A DNA stretch of 64,000 bases from Balanoglossus misakiensis (taxonomy: Eukaryota; Animalia; Hemichordata). Positions within the stretch are counted from its first letter, which is position 1; each line of letters opens with the position of its first letter. Below are positions 27,601 to 40,113 of the stretch, piece after piece. Made by a program: the position numbers and the translations under genes. The stretch covers positions 2,325,344 through 2,389,343 of the forward strand of contig CM082584.2 in assembly GCA_040954595.2 (NCBI GenBank). Direction: 5' to 3'. The notes beneath the pieces are model-generated. The model searched no databases and was not told the origin of the DNA. It was given only the letters and a program-made list of their open reading frames with translations.

Positions 27601-30600
27601 ACTGTGTCTTTCATGTATTCCACTTTTCTCCCTTCCTTGCTGGCTTTGTCTATTTCTTTTCTGACTGTGTCTTTATGAAATTACTGATTTTTTTTTGGTA
27701 ATTAAACTTCTGGCTCAAATAAATGTACTAGAGCTGGTAAGGTTTCCTGAACATTAATCCCTGTATCTTTAACGCAGGTGTGCAAGTTCATATAAAGTTC
27801 ATTGGTTAAAGGAATATTATGAGCTGATAAATTTACTAAGCTCTTCTTTCCAGTTAGAAGCTCTGCTATATTATCAACTACTCTCAATGCTACTTCAATA
27901 ATGTTGCCTGTGCAAATTGACAATCAAAATATCCATTAGTTAGACAACATATTTGGTTGGGTAATTACAGAATAATTACTTTAATTCCATGCATACTCTA
28001 CCTAAACTCAAATTAGAATATATAACTGAAATTATAATTATAAACAGGTCTATGAAATGCTAAGAAAATGTAAAATCTAGGAAAGAACACCCATGGGCAT
28101 TCAGCTCTTAGCAGATAACATCAGTCACTTTGAAGACATGTCACTTCCCAGACTTTACTAAAAAAACTTCAAACTCTGAAGTGAAACGCATCTCCAAAAA
28201 ATCCAATATGGCAACCATGAAGAAGACAATTAAAGCAACATGCTGCATTGCAGGGGCCAAAGTGGTTTGCATGGTTCCAACATAAAAATGCAAGATTCAC
28301 AGAAGATTACTTCTTTCAGTTTTACAGGAGATCATCTAATCTTGTAAAAAAAATCTCTCTATTTTTTGCATGGCACCATGGTAAAATATGAAAATTTGCA
28401 ATGTTTGATCTTCTGTGTCTCGATCATGTTTGATCTAATTTTCACGAAATTTTCAGATTATATTACAATATATGTGCAGATACAGATAGTGACTTAAGTT
28501 TTTGATATCTGGATTATAATTTAAATTCCCAGGCGCTCAAATATGGTAAACCTAGCATTTTACCATTGCAAATAGGCGGCCTTAATTGGGTTGACATTTC
28601 ATTAGATGGCAATATTTGTTTATACACTGCAATTTGCTGAAAATCAGTTCAATCACTGTAGTAAGTGGAAATATTTAAATTCTGATGTATTTTTAGCAAT
28701 CATAAAGCTGATATTACTACCAAATAAATGCTATACAGTTACTTCTGGACAGCAAAAATTGCCATCATTCAAGTCATAGTCTCAGATCGGCCCTTTTGCT
28801 TGCCTGTGTCGAGCGGATATCAAAAGTGGAGAAAGTTTGATAGTTTAATTTCAACATGTTACCTGTACTATCCTTGTAGACTATTAACATTAACAAGAAT
28901 TTCATATTAAATTTTGGTATGATATGCATGGAAAGACTGGCTGCTTATAAATCATAAAAATTGACGCCGTTGCACCATACAGTTTTTACAGCACACACAC
29001 GTATTTTAAGCAAACTGTGTCGTTCATGTATTCCACTTTTCTCCCTTCCTTGCTGGCTTTCTCTGTTTCTTTTCTGACTGTGTCTTTATGAAATTACTGA
29101 TTTTTTTTGGTAATTCAATTTCTGGCTCAAATAAATGTACTAGAGCTGGTAAGGTTTCCTGAACATTAATCCCTGTATCTTTAACGCAGGTGTGCAAGTT
29201 CATATAAAGTTCATTGGTTAAAGGAATATTATGAGCTGATAAATTTACTAAGCTCTTCTTTCCAGTTAGAAGCTCTGCTATATTATCAACTACTCTTAAT
29301 GCTACTTCAATAATGTTGCCTGTGCAAATTGACAATCAAAATATCCATTAGTTAGACAACATATTTGGTTGGGTAATTACAGAATAATTACTTTAATTCC
29401 ATGCATACCCTTCCTAAACTCAAATTAGAATATATAACTGAAATTATAATTATACACAGGTCTATGAAATGCTAAGAAAATGTAAAATCTAGGAAAGAAC
29501 ACCCATGGGCATTCAGCTCTTAGCAGATAACATCAATCACTTTGAAGACATGTCACTTCCCAGACTTTACTAAAAAATACTTCCAACTCTGAAGTAAAAC
29601 GCATCTCCAAGTTGCATACACAATACTATAATATACTGTTAGAGATTTATAATGTTTTAAGTGAAAAAAATACAGAGATGTAAATACCCCTGCCATTTAT
29701 TCAGTGACATGTAATGCTGCCATTATGCACTGATTGACTCTAGCCACTTTCCCAGTAGGAGGAAAAAGACCATATGCCGTCTTCAGCATAAAAATCTCAG
29801 TTTACTCTGGCTAATTATATTGGAGTTCTTATCAGTGTTTCGGGACGCTTAGATGATAATCGTTGAAATGGACAACACCAACATATGACGTTAACAAGCG
29901 GGAAGAAACAAAAGTTACTCAGTTTTTGGCATTTTATTTTTATTTGCAAGACCGAGAAATTAAAATATGACAAATTTAGAAATCAATCAGATTATACAGC
30001 ATGTCCCACTTTGAATGGTGGCCATATTGGATTCTGAACTCCCTAGTAATATAAACATATAGTGTACTTAGTGAGTCTCAGTATAGGGTAATCAACACAA
30101 TCAGACAAAACTTGGGTTACCCATTGGAATATTCCTATCAAATTTCAAAGCAATCCCATATGCAGTTTCAGAAAAATCAGTATTTTCTCCAAAATTGTAT
30201 AATATCTTACTTCAATCGCTTCAGGGAACATGCCTACCAAAGCTCAAGGCGATCTGACATGCAGTTTGAAAGAAAATAATTTTTGATGAAAAATTCCACA
30301 ACTTTCACACACAAAACGCAAATATGTAAATTTCAAGTATTTTTTTTAAACATCTCATTTAATTATCCCCAAGGAACAAGCCTACCAAATTTGAAAGCAA
30401 TCTCACAAGCGGTTTTAGAGGAAACAATTTTTGACCAAAAATGGCAAAAATTGCTACAAAATTATAAATATGCACATTTTTCATCAACCAGGTTTTCATC
30501 AACTGGGACCACACATACAAAAGTATGCTTCCAAGCAACACGACTCTAGGAGAAAAAATCCTTGTCGCCCTGGTCAAAAAATTGGCTTATACTAAAACAT

Positions 30601-32009
30601 CAAATCGGTTATCTCTCAAAGCTAAAAGGGTTATCACCAAACAGATTACAATGCCTAAGTTAAAATGTTTAAGACATTTTCTTTAGTTGTGGTTTTGGTT
30701 TTATCGGTTTTCCCAATAAAAATTAGGATAATTTTTTAAGTATGCCAACGGAGAGGTGGAAATCTCACCAGAAAAGCGAAAATACACCAACCACGTTTAA
30801 ACCGTAAAATTAAAAAAAAAACACCTGCAAACACCGAGGTGACTCATATAAAAACCTCAAAGAACGTATGGAATTATGTATGGAAAAATACCGTGGTTTC
30901 CTGACCTTCCGCTAAACAAAGACTATACGTATGGAACTATCGTTCCGTCCACCAGCAAAGAGACTTTCCAGAGAAAAACGTTCTACCCGTACCTTATGTC
31001 GCCATAGTGACGTGCCATTTTGCCACAACCGTTCGACAGTATGGTCGACTATTTTGACACTAAACATCCTGCAGCGCTGCCATCCTTTTCAATCTCACAA
31101 ACTGGCCCTACGTGCGCTTAGGCAAGAGGCCTAGCAATAAAAATTTCACAAAATATAACCCTATAAATATGATAAGACTTTCTCGATTATGACTTCCTGG
31201 TCTCCTGATTCGGGAGCCAGCGCAGCCATACCCAGAATAGCCGAGAGGCTAGCTGCACGCCCGTAGCTCGGAATTGTTTCTGGAATTAAACCTACTTCTG
31301 TTCAACTACAAGGTGTTGTACGGATAGCTGCAAGTCACCCAATACCAGACAAAACAATCGAGTGACGGTAACATAGCTAAATAGGCTATTGTACTAAAAG
31401 CAATGATTCGATTATGAGCCTACCGAAAAGACGTCTTGATCCCGCGGCAAGTAGAAGGAAAGTGGTCGAAACCCGGCGTCGCACACCGGAAACGGATCAA
31501 TGATCACCTGTTGTTATGGTGAGTAGAACGTGTTACCCAATCACAGACCAAAGTTAGCATTACGACACACTAATGAATATGCATACATGCTACAGCTGCA
31601 TATTTTATTTCTTTAGAACGCTCTGGAACATGCTCGCATTCGAAAGAATATCTCATTTGCTTTTTGAGTGTGAGTGCCTCATTGTCTACACAATAAAATC
31701 GGGGGGGGGGGGGGGGCACAGTGGGTAATTTCTACCACAGCCACGCATTTCAAACCAGGCAAGCGAACTGCAAACTTCCGATGTCTGAGCAACGGGTTTG
31801 ATGTGCCTTGTGTTGTGAACACTTATTCGACTTCGAGGAAACAGAGCTATAATACTTCCTAATGTGTTTCTCTTTCTGTGTCATTTTGGTCAGTCAGACC
31901 ACGATACCCGAGATCGTAAACTGCTTGGGTTAGGTCGCTTAGGAGGCTGCAACTGCGGCCACAGGTCATGTCGGTGTGTGTTGTAAACAAACATGGTAAA
32001 TGCCTCCCG
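24650..32009. repeat. 7.36-kb tandem segmental duplication, copy B
   Basis: Near-identical to copy A. Differences seen: gattggg vs ggttggg (~20598/27956) and a poly-G run 3 nt longer (~31701). Confidence 0.95.
26615..27052. mobile_element. Duplicate copy of the 438-bp double-hairpin insertion
   Basis: Same sequence at +7358, inside copy B of the duplication. Confidence 0.75.
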
Positions 32010-32129
32010 CACAGCAACACGCTCGCTCTACCAGCAGTCACTGTGCTCTACCGTACTGTCGATCGTTTCCATGTCAGTTTCACGTTGGCTCGTTATAATG
32101 TCCCTATGCTTATCGTAATCTCGGGATCG

Positions 32130-32640
32130 TAATTATTATTTTATTATTATTATGATTATTATTTATCTTTATTTCAGACACAACCGTCCATAGAAATAGG
32201 TTACAAAAACTGACAAAAACACTAGAAAAGTAATAAATAAAATAAATGTAAAAAATATAATAGTTTTAAGAATCAATGTAAAATGTCAATCCAGTGGGTA
32301 TGTAGTCCATAAAAGCGCATATCTCATGAGACAAGACGATTGATCAAAACATTGGGACTAGTACAGAGACGAACAGAAAAATTAAAAGCGACTTTTCTTC
32401 TCATGACGGAGAAGCAGTTTACGGCGTTTAGAACAAATATTTTAGAGGCACTTTCGTGTCCGGGTGACCAAGAAGTCTTCGAAGTGCATTGTTGTGACAT
32501 ACGATGATATTCCGGATATTATAATCGCACCATAAATGAAAGTCATAAATGTTATTACAAAAAGCATTAAATAAACGCAATTTCACATCGACAGAACACG
32601 AATTGAACTTTCTCAGGAGAAAATTAGGCCTAGCCCTTCC
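32130..32640 (-). mobile_element. 5'-truncated degenerate LINE 3' end (RTE-X-like, clade tentative)
   Basis: Minus-strand translation across frameshifts: NFLLRKFNSCSVDVKLRLFNAFCNNIYDFHLWCDY...VCHNNALRRLLG...SASKIFVLNAVNCF...RLCTSPNVLI. It is followed by TATGGAC...GTCTGAAATAAA and an (AAT)n tail. Confidence 0.75.
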
Positions 32641-33659
32641 ACATGTTATGTATTCGTGTTATGATAGTCCCACTGATCTGACAACACGCTCGCTTTTATT
32701 GTGGCCTTTTGTCCCGTTCGCCAGCACTGTGTATAGGCCTGCGTTTTCCGTTAACAGACTATCCCGTTCGCCAACTTTACTGAACTGCAAATTGAAGAAT
32801 CGGTTTGCAGCTAGGACGAAACGGCCGGGGTCGCGTACATTAAAGGCCGAACCAATAAGAATAAGTGCCGTAACGACTTGTTACCGACTGGGACGGCTAC
32901 GAGCCAAGAGCATATTGCAGCTCAGTGTGGCAGGGCCGGTGGTGTGTCTTACGGGCGATGTCTCCACACACTGTACTGCTCTGTTTGATAAGAGTGTCCA
33001 AGCTTCGGACCACGGTCATGTTCGGACTTATGTCTTAACTTTGCTTTGTAAACACATTACCAACGTACAACCCCTCCATGTTTGCAGAGAAATTAGATGA
33101 AGTCACATGGCGGAGTTCTCATCCTATCGGGATGCGTTTATCTCTGAATCGGCTGCTTTTCCATCGTCGAGTTTGATTTCATGTCCGATTCATAGTCGAG
33201 TTTTATGATGATCCCTGATTGATATATATTTTTTTCGGGCGCGCCGGGGGGGGGGGGTTCCATGGGATTGATAATTCGAGGCAGGAGAAGAAATATGTCG
33301 ACAGCGCAAATTGCCATTTTCTCGCTTTGTTTCGTCGATTTTGACAACTTCGCTCTGCATTGGTCGAGTGGTCTTAAATTTTACCCATCTAACAAAACAA
33401 CTTTGTAGTCTATAAAGTGCTCCCAGCTGGAATAAACGTCGATTCAATTCGATTCATCATGAATTTGATCAAATTTTCTAAAAAACTCACTTGCGGGCGC
33501 TGCTCTCAATGAAAGCAGGTAACGTAACACAAACTGGTCGTTTTTTCATACTTGTGCTATATTAAAGTGGGAAGCGTGGCCAACGTTTGGACTTAATTTG
33601 TTGTTATTGACCTAATACCACACGAGCTGATATGACCTAATTTCAAAAAACTGTCCCAA

Positions 33660-34210
33660 AACTGCCAAACTCAAATATTCAAACATCACCATAATTGTAC
33701 AATATCTTACATCAATCAGTATAAGGAACATGCTTACCGAAGTTCAAAGCAATCTAACAAGTGGTTTCAAGGACAAAAACTTCTGACGAAAAATTGCAAC
33801 AGTTAGGCCCTACCTCAAGAACATAAATATGCACATTTCAGCAAAAATTTAACACAACTCACAATTGCTTAACCCTGAAAACATGCCTACCAATTTTCAA
33901 AGCAATCTGACAAGCGATTTCCGAGAAAACGAATTTTGACCAAAAATTGCAAAATTTGGCCCATAATTACAAATACGCAAACTTAGCAACAATTTGAAAA
34001 AAAAAACAAAGATCACCTATAGGAAGCTTTATAATTATACTGAATTTTTTTTAGAGAAATCGACCAATCACTTTCATAGAAGATGTGGAAAAAATGACAA
34101 AAGTCATAAAAAGTAGAAAATTCACGATATAAGGTCAAAACTTATAGAGCTCTGTGATGTTGGCAGAAGATATATGCATACCAATTTTCAAAGAAATCTG
34201 ACCAGTAGTT
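33660..34210 (+). repeat. Dispersed repeat related to 22740-23150 and 30100-30500
   Basis: Shared modules acatgcctacca, ttcaaagcaatctgaca, tttgaccaaaaat and aatatgcacattt. Confidence 0.6.
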
Positions 34211-37200
34211 TTCAGCTAATGTGTCCGAGATCAGACAAAAACAGAGAACAGAACAGCCAAAGTGAGAGAACAGAATAGCCAAAACTATCACCAGCGCTTA
34301 ACTCCACATCTGAAAGCAAACCATTTGTTAGAGCGATATTCAGGTCCTAAGAAAACCCAAACTTCAATCAGACAGAACATACTGGTAATCACAATTGCCT
34401 TCTGATTGGAATCTGTGCAGGAAAAGCAACAACAAATACTGATCCTCACCTGAAATCAAAGAGACAGACAAAAGCACTCATTTTATCAGAATATTTATTT
34501 TAAGTATGCAAAAATCCTAACATGATATATCTGTCTACTTATTTATCATGATAGGAAAATTGTTGGAATAAAAATATCAAAGATATTCCTTCCTAATGCT
34601 GCATATAATATTTACATACTCTGGCAGTCTTGTAAATACAATGAAATGTTAGTCAAAAGCTCTTCTTAAGAACTGAGTAATTCTCAGTACAAAAAGCAAT
34701 ATGTGGAAAATACCAACTTAGCATCTTATGCAAAATCAACAAAATTGAGGAATGGTGTCCCCCCCCTCCCCTTCAGCACTATACATGATTCAACAGCCTC
34801 AGAGGGTCATTCTTCACACACACATAAAATGAATGGCTGATTACATGAAATATTTTCGAAAGTCAATAAGTGGTCATGAAAGGCTCTTGTTTTTGTTAAA
34901 ATAAAAAAATGTTAGGAAATTCAAGAAAAGTAAAAAGCAATGTATGTGAATATTGATATTAAAAACATGTGATTTTAATTGTTTGGCTACTATGGTCACT
35001 GGATAGAAGAGATTAGGACTCTTTAATGACTTTATTTGCATTTGAATAGTGAACTTTCCTTTTGACGTTGAACCCCCTAGCTGGACGAGAAAATGATCTA
35101 AATGTATCATGAACGTTTATTTTGTTGATACCATTCATTAATTTACCTTTTTAGGCATATATAAATGCATTATATCTCGATTGTAATTTGAGTGCATTTC
35201 TAGTCTATTAAAGTAGTTTTCGTCGTACGAGGTCTCCTTCACTCCAGTCACTTCCTTATAACAGACTATATTTCTTCACATGCATCTAATAGTTTGATTC
35301 TAACATACTTGTCACGGGTGTCGCCGTTCACCACAAAACACACCAACATGGTTTAAAGGTTTCACAAGACATAGGCCTATAACATTTCTTAACTGAAATT
35401 GAACAGGGACATCATCAGTTCAAATGTATGGCCGGTCTGGCTACACAGGTGAACTGCTAAATTACGCACATGTATGGGAGTTCACCTACAGCAGAATACA
35501 CAAACATTCATGCAAGTGAAAAATACAGAAGTACAATTGAAGACTTGACGCAAGTTCAGACACCAATTACTTGTGCTAAAATGAGCCAGTAGAATGCACC
35601 TATATAAAAATGCTTCAAGCTACAGGTAAAGTACAAGGAAAACTAACCTGAAATTGAACATAGACATCTTCAGTTCATACATGTGGCCGGTCTGGATACA
35701 GAGGTGAACTGACTAAGTATATGCATGGTGTCCTTTTATATCAGCAATCTACACTATGGTGGCGCATTACCTTGAGTTCATTAGTCAAATGAAACATCCT
35801 GGTGGTTTGCATATAATTGAGATCATCAAATAGACTGTAAGTTCTATCATTACTAGAAAGGTGTTCTCATGAATAAATGATTAAATGATGACTGCAAAGA
35901 ATACAGGTGTTACATACATACATATATTACATATATATTCAAGTGAACGAATGGTTCGGTCCAAATCCATTGTTTCCTGCTGGAAAGTTGGATGTCTACA
36001 CAGGGAATTGGGTGAAAGGTGAGAGTGCTAAGAAAAAAGGCTGATGGTAATTTTCCATTTTTATCTAAATTGAATACATGTGTGGGCTTAATCTTTCCCA
36101 ATAATGCTGACACACAAAAAGTTCATTGTTTTACCAAACTTTCCTTGAGAGTCGAATGAAGGCACTTGATATTAGCACAGAGACTGATTTTTTCCACACA
36201 CCACTTTTCTCTTTTCATAGAGCTCCATTCAAATTTTGTACACAACAATGTAATAACATTGTCACTACCCAATCCTAACTTTCAAATTACAATGTGACAT
36301 TTCAAAACACTGTTAGACTCCCCAATGAACCATTAACTCTGGATCAGCATCCCTTCAAATTAGTGATAGCCCTGGGGTGAGTTTCGTTAATTTTGTTATA
36401 ATGGTGTTATTTAATTGTTTGGCTGTAACACAAATTACTACATGGAAGTATAAACATGTTATGTCCACACATATGCTGTAGGTTCAGCTTCAATTCAATT
36501 TTCAGCAATCAGATCATAACAAATTATTCCAAAAAAAATGAACATCAAGAGCTGGTGACTTTGTGGCTTTCACATGATAAATATAAACGTGTGAACATTG
36601 CCCCATGCTAGAGTGTGATATTAACACGTCTCAAACAACCTACAATTCTCTGTATATAATGAAACACATTCATTATAGCTGGATTAGTTGGTTCACAGGT
36701 AATCTGTAACCAGATAGGCTGACCTGAGCAATCCATGTTTTTGCAAGTGTTTTATTGTCACTGTCATAGTGTGACTTCTTTGGTGTAATGCTCCACTGAA
36801 CACAAGAGTATTAAAATTGGACAGATAAATGACCAATAACACAAAGTCTGTGATTGGGTAATACAAATGATAAGTACACAACTGGAAGATCTGTCACTCA
36901 AAGTTTTGTCTATTGCTCTTTTCCCTGAGGGAGAAATAGAGAGCAATTTTAGAGATACGTTCTTCAGTTTAATGATCAGGCATTAATGAAATATTAGTCT
37001 AGTATATAGCTGTATTTTGTCAGCTTTGCTTCCAAAAACTATGCATGCCACTGCCCCAATAAAGCACGATACCCCTTGCTGGGAATTGTGATGTAATTAA
37101 TATCACTTTGAAGTCAATCACAGACTTTTTTTTCCATTGATTGGTCAAAGGATACATGTGTTGTTAAGGATGAGTACCATTTTGACTTTAGATTAGCCTT

Positions 37201-37369
37201 GCCTTCACTGTATCTTTACACACAATCACCATTGATCAGTTTATGTGCGTGACTTCGAGGGGGATGCTAGTTACATCACAATTCCCAGCAAGGGCTATCA
37301 GGTTTTATTGGGCCAGTGGCATGCATGACTCTAAATGTTCGTTTTGGAAGCAGAAAAAATGGGTATATA

Positions 37370-37577
37370 CTGTAAAACATGAAATTTTCCCAACAGGAAA
37401 TTTTCGCAATATCAAAAGTGGCGACTGTTATGTAATGATTAATTTTCGCATTCTCGAATTTCAATTCATCATTATTTCAGAAAAACATTTTTTTTGCGAC
37501 TTTTTAGTTTTCAGGTTATTTTGGCTCTTGCATGATTCATGCAAATTTATCGCTCGTGAAAATTTCCTGTTTTACAG
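37370..37577. mobile_element. MITE with TA target duplication (Tc1/mariner-pogo-like)
   Basis: TA|CTGTAAAACATGAAATTTTC ... GAAAATTTCCTGTTTTACAG|TA: 20-bp TIR with one mismatch. Confidence 0.85.
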
Positions 37578-38339
37578 TACATCCTAAGTATCTTTTTTTC
37601 ACACCAGAAGACAATGCATAGTTGCTTTGTGTATGGCAGACTTTGTATTACGATAGACACTGACAACCAGTTACATCTGTCTCGCATACAAATATGGTCA
37701 TATTGAAATAAGGTATTACGATGGAAACAAAGTAAAGCTAATGCAAGAATTAGTACAGAACAAGTCTATTCTGTTACTACACTGGAATAACCATTCTGTG
37801 TTATTTGATCTGTTTAATTAAAGTCTACAGTCTCGTGTTCATTATAGTCAGTTTCCTGTATGAATTTATTGATTCAGAATATCAAAAAGACTCATGTCAT
37901 CAGCCAGCAGACTACTACTTGATTGTTGCTGTGTTTGTTGCATGCTGGGTGCCAAGCCCATCTGAGGTACCTGTGGTCGCGGCCGTGGCTGTTGTCCTAG
38001 TAACAGCTGTTGTTGTTGTTGTGATTGCTGTTGTTGTAAGAACTGCTGTTGTTGTTGCCATGTTTGTTGTGTTGCTGCTGGTTGTTGTTGTTGTGGTGGT
38101 GGTGGTGGAATGGTTGCTTGTGTACCGCTAGCTTGTTGTTTTTGTTGTTGCTGTTGAATGCAAACAAAATGGTTTTCTTTTTAAAGTCACTTCACAGAAA
38201 GCGGCAATGTATCAGGAGACAGCTCTCTTTAACGTTCTTCACATTTGTCAATCAGACTGAAATTTAGGGAGGCATAAAGTAACTGTAATTTCGGGTATAG
38301 TCGTGTCGTGTCTACTATTTGATGGTTAATTTCAGGACC

Positions 38340-38540
38340 CCCATTGACCTAATTAATTATGTACACACCTAATTCTAGGCTAACCAATAGATCTAGAAGT
38401 TTGGATTTTGTAGGACATAAATCAGTTTAGGATCAAAACTTTTTGACAAAATTTCTGGTATCCACAGCAGATAATCCTTGGCATTCTGTAGAAACCCTGG
38501 GAATCGCTTGGGCCCAGTGAACACTGCTTTCAGCTTTAAT
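38340..38540 (-). repeat. Inverted dispersed copy of the 5' end of the 7886 repeat family
   Basis: Reverse complement reads attaaagctgaaagcagtgtt...gggcccaagcgattccc...tatctgctgtggatacca, matching 7886-7972. Confidence 0.75.
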
Positions 38541-39779
38541 TCACCATGTAATCAGATGCAGACATTTTGAAAACAATGTGATTTAAATTCTAAGCAGACT
38601 TTTGTTAAAGGGTTATGATCGTCTAATGCGCATGTGCCAAAGCAGAGATTCTGGTTACAAAAACTTTATCAATGACACAATTCTGTCTATACAACAGACA
38701 AGATGGCGGCAACCATACTCTGTGTCGTAAATTAGGAAAAAAAAACAGCAAATTGAGTGAAAAGAAGAGACAAAATGAAAGTCTTCTTTATATATATATA
38801 TATATGGTGGGAAAGAAATATGAAAGGAAGTGAAGGCAGTCCACTATTTGAATGCATGCACATAAAATTTGCAGATATTTGGATTTGATCTTATTTTGTA
38901 CACACAAAATTACACATATGTGCATAAGAGTAAGACGATTGTCTGCATTTAAAACTGTCTGACGGAGGTTATCATCAGTGCTTCCACACTGATACCATGG
39001 AAAAACTAGAAGAATTGAAAATAAGAATGAGACAAGATTTGTTGTATTCCTCTGTCTGTAATTTAGGTCTGCTTTGGGCAAATAGTGCTTTGAATTTATT
39101 CTGTGTGACTGTCAGGTCCCAAATACATTAAGATAATTTCGGGAATGGCACAGACCATGTTATTTGTAACATCAAGAAAGCTCCTTTTTTGAGAAAAATG
39201 ATTTTATTTTTCCCCACATAACAATTCCCAGGAGTGACACGGGTATCAGTCTTGGTTTTCAAAATATTCACTGTTCACATTATTGTGACAACTTACTTGA
39301 AAGTGGTGTCTTAGTTGTTGATTTGTTGATTGTATATTGGATGGCTGTGCTTGCACTGCTTGTTGTTGTTGTTGGGCTATCTTTGTAATTGCTTTTGTTG
39401 TTGTCTTTGTGTTATGAGTTGATTTTGTCGTGCATGTTGATCTTGCTGATTCTTCAATTCAAGTTCTTATTTTCTGTGCCATCTCTAGATTCTCCTGCAG
39501 TGCTTGAATATTCCTCTAAAAGATCAAACAAAGAAAAGTGTAAACAGTCAATCATTGTCATGTGTCAATCTACCAACAGGTAACTGACTACAGGAGCTTC
39601 AGCCAATTTTCACTTGGGAGATTATTGAAATCAATTTAAAGCTCAGTAACTCCAACTTCGGGTTATTTTCTCAATATTTTTTTGGGGTATCAACTGTGGT
39701 TTCTTGTCCCACTTATCATGGAATTAATCATATTCAAATATTTGAAGGGATTAAAAAGTACATACTGTAAAACACTTTA

Positions 39780-40113
39780 GTGCCTTTCACACGTGCCATC
39801 AACGCCGCCCCAGCAGCGGCCCTAGGGCGGCGTTAATTTGTAAGTGCCACGTGTGAAAAGGTGAGAGCGGCTTTTTTGGGGACGGTGTTGAGGGGTGGGA
39901 CCTGGGTCGGGGCGCTGCACTAAACAGCGACTCAAATCACGTGTGAACATTGTGACCTTTAGTCACGCTGCTGTGGACGCGCATAGAGGGCGATGACCCT
40001 GTCCCTTTTATACACATGTGCATGCAAAAGTATTTGAGTCACTGATAAGAAATGTTTACCAAATTTTATAATCCCAAAAAGGGCGCCCTAACAATGGCAC
40101 GTGTGCAAGCGGC
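39780..40113. mobile_element. PIF/Harbinger-like MITE nested in a TA-CTGTAAAAC MITE that starts at 39765
   Basis: Imperfect TIR gtgcctttcacacgtgccat / atggcacgtgtgcaagcggc, flanked by a TTTA direct repeat. Removing it restores ctgtaaaacactttaatttttcgcg, which resembles the 37370 MITE start. Confidence 0.65.

Noticed and set aside
32549-33100. 183-aa plus-strand ORF
   Set aside because: No recognisable motif; it overlaps the antisense of a LINE fragment and lies in GC-richer DNA where chance ORFs are longer.
37805-38267. Val/Leu/Cys-rich membrane-like ORFs on the plus strand
   Set aside because: Antisense shadows of the CAA/CAG-rich minus-strand exon.
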